From IMG/VR virus record IMGVR_UViG_3300014201_000003, positions 1 through 45,665 of that record: a stretch of DNA of 45,665 nt; one strand, given 5' to 3'. A program made the position numbers and the translations under genes. Below the pieces are notes generated by a model. The model saw only the letters and a list, made by a program, of their open reading frames with translations. It was not told the DNA's origin and made no database searches. Positions 7,662 through 17,228 of the stretch are shown one piece after another (the first letter of the stretch is position 1; every line of letters starts with the position of its first letter). Source of the DNA: a virus (taxonomy: Duplodnaviria > Caudoviricetes).

Positions 7662-7980
7662 GCAGGTTGCGAGCTTAAAAGATGAAATTAATTTTCTTAG
7701 ACAAAGAGAGACTGTCCTTACGGATGGGATTTACCGAGCTGCACGAATTGATGAAAGCTCGAGGCCTAACGTCGGACGAGGACCTAAAAACGAACCAGTC
7801 CCATCAGCTAATAGCTGGAATGCGGTTAAGACTAAGCTCGAAGCTAAGCACAAAGCTAACCCGGCGGCCGACAGGACTGCAAAGTACTGGGCTGATAAAG
7901 TAGCTCAACAAGAGAAAGAATTGAATGAAATTGAGCGGGATATAAAAGAAGATGCCAGCAACCTCAGGGAAGCAATATAG
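7591..7980 (+). CDS. Hypothetical coiled-coil protein with CxxC
   Basis: Part of ORF 7546-7980; likely ATG at 7591. It overlaps the end of terL. Confidence 0.65.
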   Translation: MRKWLRGVFLGSTEECRACVALREQVASLKDEINFLRQRETVLTDGIYRAARIDESSRPNVGRGPKNEPVPSANSWNAVKTKLEAKHKANPAADRTAKYWADKVAQQEKELNEIERDIKEDASNLREAI

Positions 7981-8122
7981 ATTCATGCAAGCAGCAGCTC
8001 ATGGAGGCCTGAAAGGGTTAGGTCCATCTCCTGAAGTTGCTGAGGAGTTTATACATAAAACTCCTCCCGCTAAACGATCGATGTGGAGCAACGGCAAAGA
8101 CAAGAAGAAAAAGAAAAGCTAG
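7952..8122 (+). CDS. Small basic phage protein, 56 aa (MPATSGKQYRFMQAAAHGG...KDKKKKKS)
   Basis: Hand translation. It fills the gap before the portal and its TAG overlaps the portal GTG. The MPxxSxxQxRFMxAxAH start resembles small proteins I recall from phage head modules. Confidence 0.7.
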   Translation: MPATSGKQYRFMQAAAHGGLKGLGPSPEVAEEFIHKTPPAKRSMWSNGKDKKKKKS

Positions 8123-10536
8123 TGGACTACGACGTAACCCAAGTTGACGATCGAATAAAGGATGCGTGCTACGCTCTGATGCAGGGAGTGGAGCGTGAAG
8201 ATGAATATTTTCGTCTTGAACAGATGCGTGAGTTCAAGAAAAATAACCTCTTCTGGCACGGATTCCAGTATCTATTCTGGTCGGATACCGACATGGATTG
8301 GCGTATTCCTACTCATCAAGAGTGGACAGAAATTTCTGGACGTGAAGAAACAAGATACATTTTTGATTACGTGGTCAATCATTTCAAAGCTCATGGAGAA
8401 GCCATCATTGCTGCTCTTTCTGCTGATATTCCTAATGTACGTTTTGGACCTCGTAATTCCCAGGATCCTGAGGATCGTCGATCTGTGTCGGCTGCGGACT
8501 CGTGTGCGGAACTAATAGAGAAATGGAACAGAGCAAAGCTTTTAATCATCGAGGCTCTATTCTACTTGTGTTGTGAGGGTTTTGTTGCAAGCTACACATA
8601 TAATCGAAAGGACGAAAGTTATGGAACAATCCCAATTCCTCAGTACGATACCAGGCCTGAGAAAGTTACGCCTGATATGCACGTTTGTCCCGCTTGTGGT
8701 AATTCTCAGCCTGTTGATACCGGTGCAGCTCCTACGGGAGGAATGGATACGTCGGAACTTGGGGGTCTTGTTCCGACACAATTTCAACAAGATATTGGGG
8801 CTTCCAGCGTGGGTGACATGCCTAGTGCGCAGGAAAATCAGAACTCTCCTGGTGGAGAAGAGGACTCAGAAGAGCCTGATAATTTGGGCGGCCAATCAGG
8901 ATTAGGAAATCCGGTTTGTTCGTGCGGCGAACAAATGGAACTTCAGCCTGGACAAATGGAGCAAGTCCCATTTATCACAGGTGAAAGGTTAATTCCTAAA
9001 GGCCGTGAGGTCATCGAGGTTTACGGTCCGCTCAACGTTCGCGTCCCTTCGTATGTGACGAAGTTAGCTGACGCTGGATACTTGATTCATTACGTTGATG
9101 CAGACCCAGCTTTATTTCAGGGGACGTTTCCTCAGGTGGCTGACAAGATCGAAGCTGATCCTGGACAGGACTATGAACGCTTGATGCGTCAAAGTTCGTT
9201 GTCTTTGGACGGTTACCAGCTGAATATTAAGTTGGCGACCGAGAAGAAGTGTTGGTTCCGCCCGTGGATGTTGAACCGCCTCCGCCCAGTATATGATGAT
9301 ATTATTCCGGACCTTCAGCAGATGTTCCCGGATGGGATCTACACCTCTTACATCGGTCAAACGATGTGTGAGTTACGGAACGAGTCCGTCGATAAACATT
9401 GGTCGGTAACCAAAGCGGGACCGAGCAAAGGAATTCATGCGGATCCGATCTTGAAGCCTGAGGTTCCGCTCCAGGAGATCACGAATAACCTCTTCAACTT
9501 ATTCGTGATGCAGGTGGAGTACGGCGTGGGTGCGACGTACGCCGACACCGAAGTATTCGATTTTGAGGGCCAAAGTAAACAGGAAGTGAGTCCGGGCTAT
9601 ATTTATCCTGTGAATCCAAGACCCGGACAATCAATCGGTGACGCGTTCTATACGGAACGTGGCGCTTCGTTAAACAAAGAGTCGACAGAGTTGTTAGCGA
9701 CGGTGGCCAACAATGAACAATTCGTCCTTGGAAGCTATCCTTCAATATACGGAGGACCTCAACAGAGCGGCTCAAAAACTCTTGGAGAGTACGATAAGTC
9801 AAGAGCCTTTGCTCTCCAACGACTCGGACTCGTGTATTATTTTATTGATGTCTGGTGGGGAGAGACTGTCCATAAATCAGTCCTCTCTTTCATTGAACAT
9901 CAATTGGAAGATGAGCCACTCACACTTAATTCTCCTGGAGGATTCCAAACTAGATGGATTAAGAAAGCTGATTTTAAGGGGTCCTTCGATCGGCTCGATC
10001 CAGATCCCAGTGCTGACTTCCCAATTAGTTTTGCCCAAAAGCGACAAACCTTAATGGCTTTATTCCAGCTCAACAATCCTGTGATTAATTCAGCGCTGCT
10101 CGCACCTGAAAACGCTGAACTGATTCAACAGTACATTGGCTTGGATGAGATTCGAATTCCGTCTGCTGACCAAAGAAATAAGCAGATCGGTGAAATTTTA
10201 ATCTTGATTGGGATGGAACCTCAAATTGGGATGGATGGAAATCCGATCGCGACAGTTCCAGTAGAGCCTGAGATCGACGATCACGCTGTGCATATTGCAG
10301 TACTGACAGATTTTCTTGTTTCAGATCAAGGTCAGGACCTTAAACAAGAGAATATGGCTGCATATTCAAACTGTATGGCTCATCTGCTCGAACACAAAAA
10401 GTTCCAGCAGATCGCAATGATGCAGCAAATGGCTTTACAGGGGCCGCCCAAAGGAGGCCCACAAAGTCCGAAGAAACAACCAAAGCCTGTAGGACCTCCT
10501 CCACCTGAGGCTCAAGCACAAGGAGTACCGTCATAA
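8122..10536 (+). CDS. Portal protein (P22-like position and size)
   Basis: About 800 aa between terL and scaffold/MCP. Mostly helical, with a DDHAVHI...HLLEH motif and a Q/P-rich C-terminus. The ORF track starts at 8083; GTG at 8122 is preferred. Confidence 0.85.
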   Translation: MDYDVTQVDDRIKDACYALMQGVEREDEYFRLEQMREFKKNNLFWHGFQYLFWSDTDMDWRIPTHQEWTEISGREETRYIFDYVVNHFKAHGEAIIAALSADIPNVRFGPRNSQDPEDRRSVSAADSCAELIEKWNRAKLLIIEALFYLCCEGFVASYTYNRKDESYGTIPIPQYDTRPEKVTPDMHVCPACGNSQPVDTGAAPTGGMDTSELGGLVPTQFQQDIGASSVGDMPSAQENQNSPGGEEDSEEPDNLGGQSGLGNPVCSCGEQMELQPGQMEQVPFITGERLIPKGREVIEVYGPLNVRVPSYVTKLADAGYLIHYVDADPALFQGTFPQVADKIEADPGQDYERLMRQSSLSLDGYQLNIKLATEKKCWFRPWMLNRLRPVYDDIIPDLQQMFPDGIYTSYIGQTMCELRNESVDKHWSVTKAGPSKGIHADPILKPEVPLQEITNNLFNLFVMQVEYGVGATYADTEVFDFEGQSKQEVSPGYIYPVNPRPGQSIGDAFYTERGASLNKESTELLATVANNEQFVLGSYPSIYGGPQQSGSKTLGEYDKSRAFALQRLGLVYYFIDVWWGETVHKSVLSFIEHQLEDEPLTLNSPGGFQTRWIKKADFKGSFDRLDPDPSADFPISFAQKRQTLMALFQLNNPVINSALLAPENAELIQQYIGLDEIRIPSADQRNKQIGEILILIGMEPQIGMDGNPIATVPVEPEIDDHAVHIAVLTDFLVSDQGQDLKQENMAAYSNCMAHLLEHKKFQQIAMMQQMALQGPPKGGPQSPKKQPKPVGPPPPEAQAQGVPS

Positions 10537-10820
10537 TGGCATCACCCGCACTATTTACTTTAGACAATAACTACCCGAACTTCACAGTGACTGACTGTCC
10601 CCCTCAGAGGCCAACGCAAAAAGCGTATGACTACAATGGGAGCGGAGCAATTATTTACATTGGGTGGGCTGCCTCAGGGATTGCGACGTCAGCGGCTGGA
10701 TGGGCCATAAAACAACTCGTTTATAATGGCTCAGGTCAACTAACTCAAGAGCTGTGGGCTAATGGATCGACAGGAGAAACGAATATATGGAACAATCGAA
10801 CCTCACTAAGCTACTCTTAA
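10536..10820 (+). CDS. Small conserved-looking virion-associated protein
   Basis: YIGWA...WAIKQ...WANG...WNNRTSLSYS pattern; TAATG coupling to the portal. Confidence 0.75.
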   Translation: MASPALFTLDNNYPNFTVTDCPPQRPTQKAYDYNGSGAIIYIGWAASGIATSAAGWAIKQLVYNGSGQLTQELWANGSTGETNIWNNRTSLSYS

Positions 10821-11302
10821 TCTTTTGTGTAGCGACTAAACTATTAGCTCAGTGCGGGACACTAGTCCTCAACCCGACGACGGGAAAATTAGATTGTATT
10901 GGCGCTGCAGGTGCTACTGGGGCTACTGGAGTTACTGGAGCTACAGGGGCTACAGGCCACACAGGCGCAACGGGACCAACTGGTAGTGGAGCTCCTACTG
11001 CGATTGGAGCTGTAACGTTCACCGTTTCGGGTGGCGCTGTAACAGTCGTCAAATCTAGTGGAGTAGTGAGTGGGGTTAGTTATAGCTCGACCGGAACTTA
11101 TGCGGTTAGTTTGACTGGTGTTACGGGAACTTATTACGTGCTAACAACAGGTTACGGTGTGGTTAGTACTTCTGTAGGTAATTTGATACCTCTTGGATCC
11201 TCGCAAACAACATCAGGATTCACAATTAATGCTTGTACAATGAGTAACAATTGTGGAACATTTAATGATGTAGGTGGAGTGACAGCTATCATCTTTCAAT
11301 AG
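10787..11302 (+). CDS. Collagen-like (Gly-X-Y) repeat protein with signal-peptide-like N-terminus
   Basis: GAAGATGATGVTGATGATGHTGATGPTGSG followed by a beta-rich C-terminal domain. Confidence 0.75.
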   Translation: MEQSNLTKLLLIFCVATKLLAQCGTLVLNPTTGKLDCIGAAGATGATGVTGATGATGHTGATGPTGSGAPTAIGAVTFTVSGGAVTVVKSSGVVSGVSYSSTGTYAVSLTGVTGTYYVLTTGYGVVSTSVGNLIPLGSSQTTSGFTINACTMSNNCGTFNDVGGVTAIIFQ

Positions 11303-11321
11303 ATAAAATAAAGAGTAAACT

Positions 11322-12569
11322 ATGGCCGAACAAGTATATGATGAAAGTGCCGCGCTAGCGGCAGACGTGGCTGAGTTAGAGAGTGTCGATGACCAGCCCA
11401 TCGATGAGAGCACTCCAGAGGCTCCAGAAGCTCCTGAAGAGCCTTCCGAAGCTGAGTCTGAGACTGAGGTCGAAGAGCCTGAAGCTGAAGAGCATGAAGA
11501 GCCTTCCGAAGCTGAGAAAAAACTAAAGGTAACTCCAGTAACTCACGGTCGGCCCGCTCCAAAGGAGATCACGGCGAAGTACCCGAATTTCTTTAAGGAG
11601 TTTCCAGAAATTCGTCATATGATATTTCGTGAAGGGGAATACACGAAGCTGTATCCCACGGTCGACGATGCTAGAGAGGCTAGTGAGAAAGCAGAGAATT
11701 TCAGTAACTTCTCGGAGATGCTCCAGAGCGGAACACCCGACAAGTTCGGTGAGTTTTTAAGTGGTGTTAAGCAGGGAGGGGAGAATGTATACACCAACAT
11801 GGTGGCTAACTTCCTCCCCACACTATTCAACACAGATCGTGAAACTTATTATAAAGTTACGACTCCTGTCGCAGCTTCAATGCTCCGCAACGCTTTTAAC
11901 CGAGCAAAATCGAGTGGAGATGAGAATCTTGCTAACGCAGCTCAAGTGCTGGCTCAATGGGCTTTGGGCGACGCTAAGTATGCGACCGGTGAGAAAGTTG
12001 TCGAGCAGCTTAAGCCGGTTGAAGCTAAGCCACAGACCGAGCAACAGCAATTTTATCAGCAGCGATTCGTGGAAACTAAAGCGGCTATCGCTTCAGACAC
12101 AAGTACTATTATAAGGTCGGAGATCCGTAAGGGACTCGATCCTAATAATACGATGAATGACTTCACTCGAGATTTGATGGTGGATCGTATCTTAGTAGAG
12201 GTGGGAGACACACTATCAAAAGATAAACGCCACATGGATACTATGAACTCTTTGTGGCGACGTGCACATAGCGAAGGCTACGCCGGAAACTGGAAAGACA
12301 GACTCAAATCCGCCTACCTGTCAGGTGCCAGGGCCGTCATGCCCGCGATTAGAGCGAAGATTCGCTCGGCAGCTTTTGCTGACGCTAAAGCATCGGCTCA
12401 GTCAAGAGAGGCAACTGCGGAGAAATCCGCGAATCGAAGAGAGGTTCAAGGTTCGAAGAACTCAGGGATTGTTCGTGGGACGAACGTTTCCGCGAAACAA
12501 GTTGACTGGGGTAACACTTCGGATTTAGATTTTCTCAATGACAAGGTTTCACTCAAGAAAGTAAACTAA
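11322..12569 (+). CDS. Capsid scaffolding protein (putative)
   Basis: Acidic disordered N-terminus, helical body, immediately upstream of the MCP. Confidence 0.7.
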   Translation: MAEQVYDESAALAADVAELESVDDQPIDESTPEAPEAPEEPSEAESETEVEEPEAEEHEEPSEAEKKLKVTPVTHGRPAPKEITAKYPNFFKEFPEIRHMIFREGEYTKLYPTVDDAREASEKAENFSNFSEMLQSGTPDKFGEFLSGVKQGGENVYTNMVANFLPTLFNTDRETYYKVTTPVAASMLRNAFNRAKSSGDENLANAAQVLAQWALGDAKYATGEKVVEQLKPVEAKPQTEQQQFYQQRFVETKAAIASDTSTIIRSEIRKGLDPNNTMNDFTRDLMVDRILVEVGDTLSKDKRHMDTMNSLWRRAHSEGYAGNWKDRLKSAYLSGARAVMPAIRAKIRSAAFADAKASAQSREATAEKSANRREVQGSKNSGIVRGTNVSAKQVDWGNTSDLDFLNDKVSLKKVN

Positions 12570-13849
12570 TGGCACAGACAGAAAGTCAAGTCGTTGCCTT
12601 AGAACTCGAAAGAGTCAACTCTAAGGTTCCTACTTTGTTTGACCGTGAGGGTCTGTTTTACGCGGCCCTCGAGAAGCGTCCGGTAGAGATCGTATCAAAC
12701 CGCGACATGCGTATTCCGCTCGAGATCCTCCCTGGAGGCTCGCCGGGACACTTCAATCCAGACGGTGGAGATTTGGGTCGTGGTTCCGCGTCGATTTTTG
12801 ACGTCGCGACCATCGCGCCGGTGTTTACCAAGTACGCCGTGGAAGTCACGACGTTATCGCAGTGGGCTACCGACGATCGCCGCAAAGCGGTTCTCAACAA
12901 CTTCCGCCAGCAGCTCGCGAAGTCGATGGCTGATTATCGTAGGTTCATCGATTCGCTTTGTATGACACCGGGCAATGGCGTGATGGGAACGATCACGTCT
13001 ATCTCCACCACAGCGGGAGTCGACACCTACACCTGCACGACCGACGGTTTTGGGGTTCGTCTCCTCCGTTATAACCAGACAGTTAGCGTCTATAACTCCA
13101 CACTAACCACGGACCGTACCCCCAACGACGCGAATAGTTCGTCTGTCGCAACGACGATCTCCTTTTATGATCTCGTTAACAAACAAATCTCAATTCCCGC
13201 TGTCACTGGCGTCACGGCTGGTGATGTGATCGTTGCTGGAGGACTTGGTAACGCAACGCCTCCTGTTTCAATTCTTGGTGTCCCGTACCACAACTCCAAC
13301 GCTTCTACAGGATCGTGGATGGGAATCGACCGATCCGCTAACCCTGAAGTCCGGGCGAATCGAGTCTCAGGAAATAACTCATTCCTGACGCTTCCTCTTC
13401 CTCGGCTCGCCATGAACCGTATCGGCGATCGCGTCGGTATGGACAACGTAGGTAAGATGCAGGCCTGGATGCATCCTTGCCAGGTGCAAGCCTACGAGAA
13501 TTTGGGTTTCTTGGTGACCCAACTCAATCAGACCGGAGAAGGTAAAGGTCTTGACCTTTACTACGGCGGAGCCATGCAGATGGCTGGCTGCCCGGTTAAG
13601 AAATCTTTCTCCTGGGATAAAACACGCATCGACTTTATCGCACTGAACGTGTGGGGTCGTGGCGTGATCCAGGAGGCGGGCTTCTATAAGCCGGAAGGTA
13701 CTGACAAGTACATCTTCGAGATTCGTGGACCGTCGGGTGGAATTGCTTGCAGCAACATCTTCTACATTGCTGCAGGTTTCAACGTGTTCATGAACAATCC
13801 GGCTGCGGCGGCGTATATCGATACGCTGAAGGTTCCCTCAGGTTATTAA
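12569..13849 (+). CDS. Major capsid protein
   Basis: 426 aa, follows the scaffold with TAATG coupling, and is followed by a structured intergenic region. Composition is consistent with an HK97-fold MCP. Confidence 0.85.
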   Translation: MAQTESQVVALELERVNSKVPTLFDREGLFYAALEKRPVEIVSNRDMRIPLEILPGGSPGHFNPDGGDLGRGSASIFDVATIAPVFTKYAVEVTTLSQWATDDRRKAVLNNFRQQLAKSMADYRRFIDSLCMTPGNGVMGTITSISTTAGVDTYTCTTDGFGVRLLRYNQTVSVYNSTLTTDRTPNDANSSSVATTISFYDLVNKQISIPAVTGVTAGDVIVAGGLGNATPPVSILGVPYHNSNASTGSWMGIDRSANPEVRANRVSGNNSFLTLPLPRLAMNRIGDRVGMDNVGKMQAWMHPCQVQAYENLGFLVTQLNQTGEGKGLDLYYGGAMQMAGCPVKKSFSWDKTRIDFIALNVWGRGVIQEAGFYKPEGTDKYIFEIRGPSGGIACSNIFYIAAGFNVFMNNPAAAAYIDTLKVPSGY

Positions 13850-13875
13850 TCGGGCTCATTAATCTGAGGTGAAGT

Positions 13876-13913
13876 CGGGTGGTCTGGTGTATTCCGGGAT
13901 GCTAGGCCACCCG
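13876..13913 (+). other. RNA hairpin downstream of the MCP
   Basis: 15-bp stem with four G-U pairs; no U-tract. Confidence 0.6.
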
Positions 13914-13926
13914 TCTGGACAATAAA

Positions 13927-14439
13927 ATGTACATCAATCAAGTTTTGAAAAATCGATATGGGACTAATCTCCAGGGTCAACCGATCTTTAGGATCGTGTG
14001 GTCGACTAAACAACTGGAGAAACGTCTTGGTACGTTCAACGAGTTCTACGGAAAAATATTTATACGTACTTTTCGTGGTGTAAACGAAGTACCTAAATAT
14101 TTTTGGGTTAAGGATTGCTGGGTACTTGAAAAGTGGGTTCCGCCCCAGCTCGCATTTACTGAGGAGATTCCGTCGAGCAATGAGGGTAGCTACGAGCCCC
14201 TCTTTATGTTCCGCAATCTCGCTACAGGAGAAGATATTCCGATCGTCGAGCAGGAGGTCCACCGAATGATTTGGACTTCTCTCAATCCCGGACTTCCGGG
14301 TCATCGAGCATCACAGATGAGAACAGAAGAAGAAACTGATTACAAGAAAGAGATTGACTTCAACAAAGACGTTCTTGAAGATGCTAATCCTTACTTGGTC
14401 GGTAAATTACATAGTAAGGAGGCCATTGTCCGGCCATGA
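13927..14439 (+). CDS. Hypothetical protein, 170 aa
   Basis: Clean ORF in the operon. Confidence 0.8.
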   Translation: MYINQVLKNRYGTNLQGQPIFRIVWSTKQLEKRLGTFNEFYGKIFIRTFRGVNEVPKYFWVKDCWVLEKWVPPQLAFTEEIPSSNEGSYEPLFMFRNLATGEDIPIVEQEVHRMIWTSLNPGLPGHRASQMRTEEETDYKKEIDFNKDVLEDANPYLVGKLHSKEAIVRP

Positions 14440-15158
14440 TGTATAGAGCTAGAAGATTACCTGAATTTGAGAGTGGACCGAAGGCGACTGTCGTGTCTTT
14501 CGTTCCGTTCGCGATCCGAGAGTTCAAGCCTGGACTTTATCCGGGTTTATTCGAGATCCCTGCATGTCTAGATCACATGCCTCAATGCTTGATCGTCGGG
14601 GACTCGACTCATTATGTGTACGTCGATCACACTCGAGGATACTATCGGGTGCCGAATCCGTCGCACATCATAGCAAAATCGATCGTTAATGATTACGTTA
14701 TTTCCCAACTCGAAGTTAGTGAGGATGCTCACCCGGCTATATTCTGGGTGCCGGGTGAGTATGCACCGGAGCGGGTCGCTTTTGACCACTCGAAAAAGAT
14801 TCGGGATCTCCTAGCGATCCAGAATAACTGGTTCTATAAGCTGGTTAAACTTGGTGACGACGACTGGGAAAGAATTCGTCAGCACTCGGTTATCTCTGAC
14901 ATGCAGCGTTATGCTGCGAGGGCCATCGACCCGGATAATGAAGCTAAACGTCCTTGGATTTTGACTCGGCCCGCTGAGGTTGAGGAAGTCAAAACAAAGA
15001 TGTGTACCGCTTGTGCCTCCGACCTACCCGACATCGCTGTGGTTTGTCGGTATTGCGGATTCATCCTCGACCCTGAGAAATATGCGAAGATGACCTTTGC
15101 TAAGCCTGGGTCGTTTGATTTGAGCAAAATCCTTAATAGGGAGAGGAACGATGCCTAG
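14436..15158 (+). CDS. Hypothetical protein with C-terminal zinc ribbon
   Basis: CTACASDLPDIAVVCRYCG. Confidence 0.8.
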   Translation: MMYRARRLPEFESGPKATVVSFVPFAIREFKPGLYPGLFEIPACLDHMPQCLIVGDSTHYVYVDHTRGYYRVPNPSHIIAKSIVNDYVISQLEVSEDAHPAIFWVPGEYAPERVAFDHSKKIRDLLAIQNNWFYKLVKLGDDDWERIRQHSVISDMQRYAARAIDPDNEAKRPWILTRPAEVEEVKTKMCTACASDLPDIAVVCRYCGFILDPEKYAKMTFAKPGSFDLSKILNRERNDA

Positions 15159-15780
15159 CGTGCAGTTGAGCGTCGCACTGGCGACTGCTCGGACCTACTT
15201 GAATGACGATACGGCTACGGTGTGGAGTGATGCTACTCTCATACCGAAGGCTCAGGACGTTCATCGAGAGCTTCAATCGATGTTGTGGAGTGTTGGGTCA
15301 CCTGTAGTGCGAGCCGTATCCGCTCCAATAGCTATAGCGTCTGGAACAACGCCGACTGTTGTAACTCTTCCGACCGATCTTATGACTCCATTTGCTCTTG
15401 TGGAGTACGCCACATCGGGCGGATCGATGGCCACGGCCATACCAATGACTGAGGTGTTTAATGCCCCTATAGGATACACTATTGGGGCGACGCTGACGAA
15501 CTGGTGGTGGCAGCAAGAGACGTTGACTGTTAATCCAGCCAACACTAACCGCACCATCGTTATCTTCTATCGACGTCAAATTCCAATTCCTCAGAACGAC
15601 ACGGATCAGATTGGGATCTCGTTTGGCGAGCTTTATATGGGAGCCAAGACAGCAGCGGTTGCTCATGGCTCTCTTGGTAATGAAGCAGCTTACAAGATTC
15701 TCAGTGAGATCGCTGCAGGTAATTTCAAAACGGTCGTAGCTGCTCAGAGAGGCCAACAAACACCACCGGTAAAGCCGTAA
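15151..15780 (+). CDS. Head-tail adaptor-like protein 1
   Basis: N-terminal ARTYLNDD...WSDATLIPK helix pattern, about 210 aa, upstream of the tail genes. Confidence 0.6.
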   Translation: MPSVQLSVALATARTYLNDDTATVWSDATLIPKAQDVHRELQSMLWSVGSPVVRAVSAPIAIASGTTPTVVTLPTDLMTPFALVEYATSGGSMATAIPMTEVFNAPIGYTIGATLTNWWWQQETLTVNPANTNRTIVIFYRRQIPIPQNDTDQIGISFGELYMGAKTAAVAHGSLGNEAAYKILSEIAAGNFKTVVAAQRGQQTPPVKP

Positions 15781-15783
15781 TAA

Positions 15784-16440
15784 ATGGCCACTGTAATCGA
15801 CGCTATACATATCGCACGTACCTTGCTCAACGATGATGCGGGACTAGTTTGGAGTCACGCTGTATTGATGCCCAAAATAGTCCTCGCTCATAATGAGATG
15901 AGGTCTAAGCTCATTCTTAACGGGATAGCTGTGACGTATGAGTCGACAGCGTTGATTACAATTCCCGCTGGCCAACTTAATATGGGTATGGATCAGCCAG
16001 CTGATCTTATAAACCCGATTAAATTGAATGAGATTAGTCCTGGAGATGACATCAGTAATGCAATTCCGATGGAGAGGTGTGACTTCATTCCTGACCTCGA
16101 TCAAGAGGTCACGTTGCGTTATTGGGCCTGGATTCAACAGCAGATCGTATTTTTAGGCGCCACAGCGGATCGTCAAGTTCAGTTGTATTATTTGCGGGAC
16201 CTGGTTGCACCAAAAAATGTAACTGACCCGCTCGTACTTTTACAGTCCGAAACTTATTTGGGAGCCCGAACAGCAGCACTGTGCCGTCCCGGAACTCCTC
16301 AGTATGTTCAATTTTCACAAATAGCAGAGAATAGTCTGAGCAGTATTGTACGAACTGAGGTCAAACGATCTCAGAATCTCCCCGTACGGAGAAGGCCATT
16401 TAGCTGGTCAATCAAAAATCGAAGGAGATTTACAATATGA
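15784..16440 (+). CDS. Head-tail adaptor-like protein 2 (paralog of the preceding gene)
   Basis: ARTLLNDD...WSHAVLMPK; YLGARTAA matches YMGAKTAA in the first copy. Confidence 0.6.
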   Translation: MATVIDAIHIARTLLNDDAGLVWSHAVLMPKIVLAHNEMRSKLILNGIAVTYESTALITIPAGQLNMGMDQPADLINPIKLNEISPGDDISNAIPMERCDFIPDLDQEVTLRYWAWIQQQIVFLGATADRQVQLYYLRDLVAPKNVTDPLVLLQSETYLGARTAALCRPGTPQYVQFSQIAENSLSSIVRTEVKRSQNLPVRRRPFSWSIKNRRRFTI

Positions 16441-17228
16441 GTGTCTCTGTTACGCTTACTGATCAATGGAGTGACGGGAAACGGCTCCACGTGATTGGTT
16501 ACCTCCAATTTAGTGGCTCATACACTACCGGTGGAGATGCAGTGTCGTTTGGGTCAGTCGCAAACGATATTTCTCACTACGCTAATCAGGGTGGTGTACG
16601 ATCATCCGGACCGCCTGAGATTTTTTTAACTAAGCGTTTGGCTGGTTATGATTTCTTACACCAGCCAGGACTTGACAATAATTACACGCCTCCCGTCCCA
16701 AGCGACAATAGTGGCTTGATCCAGATTTTCTACGGTGGGACGGCCTCAGTAGCCGCAACCGGGACGATCACCGACGGAAATACCACAAACGTGTCGAATA
16801 ATGACACAGTGACGATTGGGTCGACTACATATACTTTCGTCACAGCGCTTAGCGGCACGCTTCAGATCCTCATCGGAACGAACGCAGACACCTCACTCAC
16901 GAACCTCGTGCAGGCGATTAATGCTAGCGGTACTCCAGGCACAAATTATAGTGCTGACATTACGACCGCAAACACTCAGGTGACTGCTAGCACTGTAGCC
17001 TCACACGCAACGACCCTCACCGCTGCCGCCGGCGCCGCAGGAAATAGCATCGCTCTATCTACAACATCCTCACATCTTACCGTTAGTGGAGCTGACTTGT
17101 CAGGTGGTGTGTCAGCAAACTCTGGCGGAAAAGAACTCCCCTCTGGTACTTACCCGACTGACATTACTGGTCTTGCATCGAATCCAGCAAAGATTGGATT
17201 CTATGCTATCTGGCTTCAGTTTCAATGA
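16437..17228 (+). CDS. Virion structural protein, Thr/Gly-rich
   Basis: ATGTIT...NNDTVTIGSTTYTF...LVQAINAS module typical of tail/decoration proteins. Confidence 0.65.
   Translation: MSVSVTLTDQWSDGKRLHVIGYLQFSGSYTTGGDAVSFGSVANDISHYANQGGVRSSGPPEIFLTKRLAGYDFLHQPGLDNNYTPPVPSDNSGLIQIFYGGTASVAATGTITDGNTTNVSNNDTVTIGSTTYTFVTALSGTLQILIGTNADTSLTNLVQAINASGTPGTNYSADITTANTQVTASTVASHATTLTAAAGAAGNSIALSTTSSHLTVSGADLSGGVSANSGGKELPSGTYPTDITGLASNPAKIGFYAIWLQFQ

Noticed and set aside
8670-8960. Intein or intron in the portal
   Set aside because: No intein terminal motifs (C/S start with HN end) or LAGLIDADG motif, and the frame is uninterrupted.
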